Source of the DNA: a virus
Taxonomy: Duplodnaviria; Caudoviricetes
Length of the DNA: 24,712 nucleotides
Virus record (IMG/VR): IMGVR_UViG_3300043681_000002
Location: 1 to 24,712 of that record
Reading direction: 5' to 3' (one strand)
Of this stretch, positions 23,327-24,712 are shown one piece after another. Position 1 is the first letter of the stretch, and each line of letters begins with the position of its first letter. The translations under genes and the position numbers were made by a program. The notes under the pieces are model-generated. The model did not search any database, was not told the origin of the DNA, and saw only the letters and a program-made list of their open reading frames with translations.

Positions 23327-24712
23327 ATGAGCGGTAGTTTCGAACAAGACGATCCACAACTTGAACTCGATACGGGCGTTGATCCGCTAGAGCAGTCGCT
23401 TGTTCAAGCAGATGTTGGTTTGCCTGCTGAAGCAGAACCACCTGCTGTGTATAAGGCAATGCCTGACTCGCGCATACCTGTAAGCAGTAAGCGTGGCGGT
23501 ATATGGCGCAGTCGTAGAGATGCAAGCCAGAAGGGCATGAAGGATCTGATCGATGCATGGGATGAAGCTATTCGTTATTATAATCACGACCAGTCTGATC
23601 ACCGTGATGGTACTGATGCTAATGTTGCGGGCAATCGTCATGTTGCTCGTAGGCTGAACGAACGCTTCTCGTCAACCGAGAACATCGTGTTCTCGAATGT
23701 GAATGCGCAAATCCCTGAGTTGTATGCGAAGAACCCTGTCGTTGAAGTCACCGCGCGACCGGATGTTGATCCGACCAAGGATGAACGTGGTGATGCATTC
23801 GCACGTGCGATTGAGAAGTTGATCAATGCGTTGTTCCGAATGAAGAACATTCCAGGTGTAAACATTAAGCCGAAAGCGAAACGCAATGTGATCATTGCAT
23901 TGCTGACAAACAATGCATGGTTTGAAGTTGGGTATACGCAGAAGGATAAGAGCAGTGAACAGGCTGCCATGGATTTGCAGCAGTTATCGGATAAGCTTGC
24001 TGCTGCGAAGGATGACAAGGAGATTAGGGAAGTTGAGGCTGCGCTTACTGCGTTAGAAGAGAAGATCGAGTTCTTGCAGCCGAGTGGTCCATATGTGCGT
24101 ATCCGTTTGCCTCACCAAGTATTGGTTGATCCGAATAGCAGTGATCCCGCTGGTGGTGATGCCAACTGGATGATGATCGAGGATATGCTACCGACTGAGT
24201 ATATCAATGCGATATATGGTGAGAAGGATGATGATAAGGACGAAGTGAAGTCGATATTCGAGCCGACGCATGTGCTGACTGGCGGTGGTGGAGATGGAGA
24301 CGATAAGGAGTTCTCGCTGTTCAGCAAGAAGGACAATGCGTATAGCGCATATGGTTTCGATAGTGCTGATCAGTTTGATAAAGCATGTATGACCAAGATT
24401 TGGTATGTGTGGGATAAGGTCACACGCCGCCTGGAGATGTATGCTGATAACGACTGGAAGTGGCCGATATGGGTATGGGATGATCCGTATAATCTGCAAG
24501 GCTTCTTTCCTCTGACCAAGTTGTGGTTCCATGAGAATCCTGTCGCTATGTATGCAAAAGGTGAAGTCAGCTACTACCTGGATCAGCAAGATCAGATCAA
24601 CGAGATCAACGACGAGAAGCGACGCGCGCTGTTATGGGCCAGACGCAATATCTTTTATAACCCTGAAACCGGAATTACTCAGGAAATCGCAGACAAAATC
24701 CTTAAAGGACCT
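23327..24712 (+). CDS. Portal protein, truncated at window edge
   Basis: Not in the ORF track; open from ATG 23327 to the end (462 codons): MSGSFEQDDP...WDEAIRYYN...NIVFSNVNAQIPELYAKNP...VLVDPN...IWYVWDK...LDQQDQINEI. Motif order and position after TerL fit a P22-type portal. Confidence 0.85.
   Translation, partial: MSGSFEQDDPQLELDTGVDPLEQSLVQADVGLPAEAEPPAVYKAMPDSRIPVSSKRGGIWRSRRDASQKGMKDLIDAWDEAIRYYNHDQSDHRDGTDANVAGNRHVARRLNERFSSTENIVFSNVNAQIPELYAKNPVVEVTARPDVDPTKDERGDAFARAIEKLINALFRMKNIPGVNIKPKAKRNVIIALLTNNAWFEVGYTQKDKSSEQAAMDLQQLSDKLAAAKDDKEIREVEAALTALEEKIEFLQPSGPYVRIRLPHQVLVDPNSSDPAGGDANWMMIEDMLPTEYINAIYGEKDDDKDEVKSIFEPTHVLTGGGGDGDDKEFSLFSKKDNAYSAYGFDSADQFDKACMTKIWYVWDKVTRRLEMYADNDWKWPIWVWDDPYNLQGFFPLTKLWFHENPVAMYAKGEVSYYLDQQDQINEINDEKRRALLWARRNIFYNPETGITQEIADKILKGP

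Noticed and set aside
18038-24589. Minus-strand and alternate-frame ORFs across the packaging arm
   Set aside because: They overlap coupled plus-strand genes including TerL and portal; no independent support.
1-24712. Host assignment to Alphaproteobacteria and lifestyle call
   Set aside because: Based only on remembered resemblance of two proteins; no integrase or repressor is visible but the genome is incomplete.

Overview
Segment of a tailed dsDNA bacteriophage genome with two divergent arms. The minus strand (about 1-17.5 kb) holds an early region of many small genes driven by near-consensus sigma70 promoters, then a replication/recombination module: Cas4/AddB-like nuclease, Sak4-like ATPase, SSB-like protein, RecD-like SF1B helicase, a family A DNA polymerase with an N-terminal UDG-like domain and a truncated DUF3987-like ATPase. 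Four free-standing HNH endonucleases and a beta-helix protein are interspersed. The plus strand (18.1 kb to the end) begins the packaging module: probable TerS, TerL, an HExxH protein, a small membrane protein and a truncated portal. The best leads are a PolA with a degenerate UDG domain and His at the E. coli Pol I 762 position; an antisense sigma70 promoter inside a 33-aa leader ORF upstream of the polymerase, with a matching plus-strand terminator 2.3 kb away; and a ~530-bp hairpin-dense non-coding element. I saw no tRNA, rRNA, CRISPR array or integrase. All family calls are from motif recognition by eye, not database searches.
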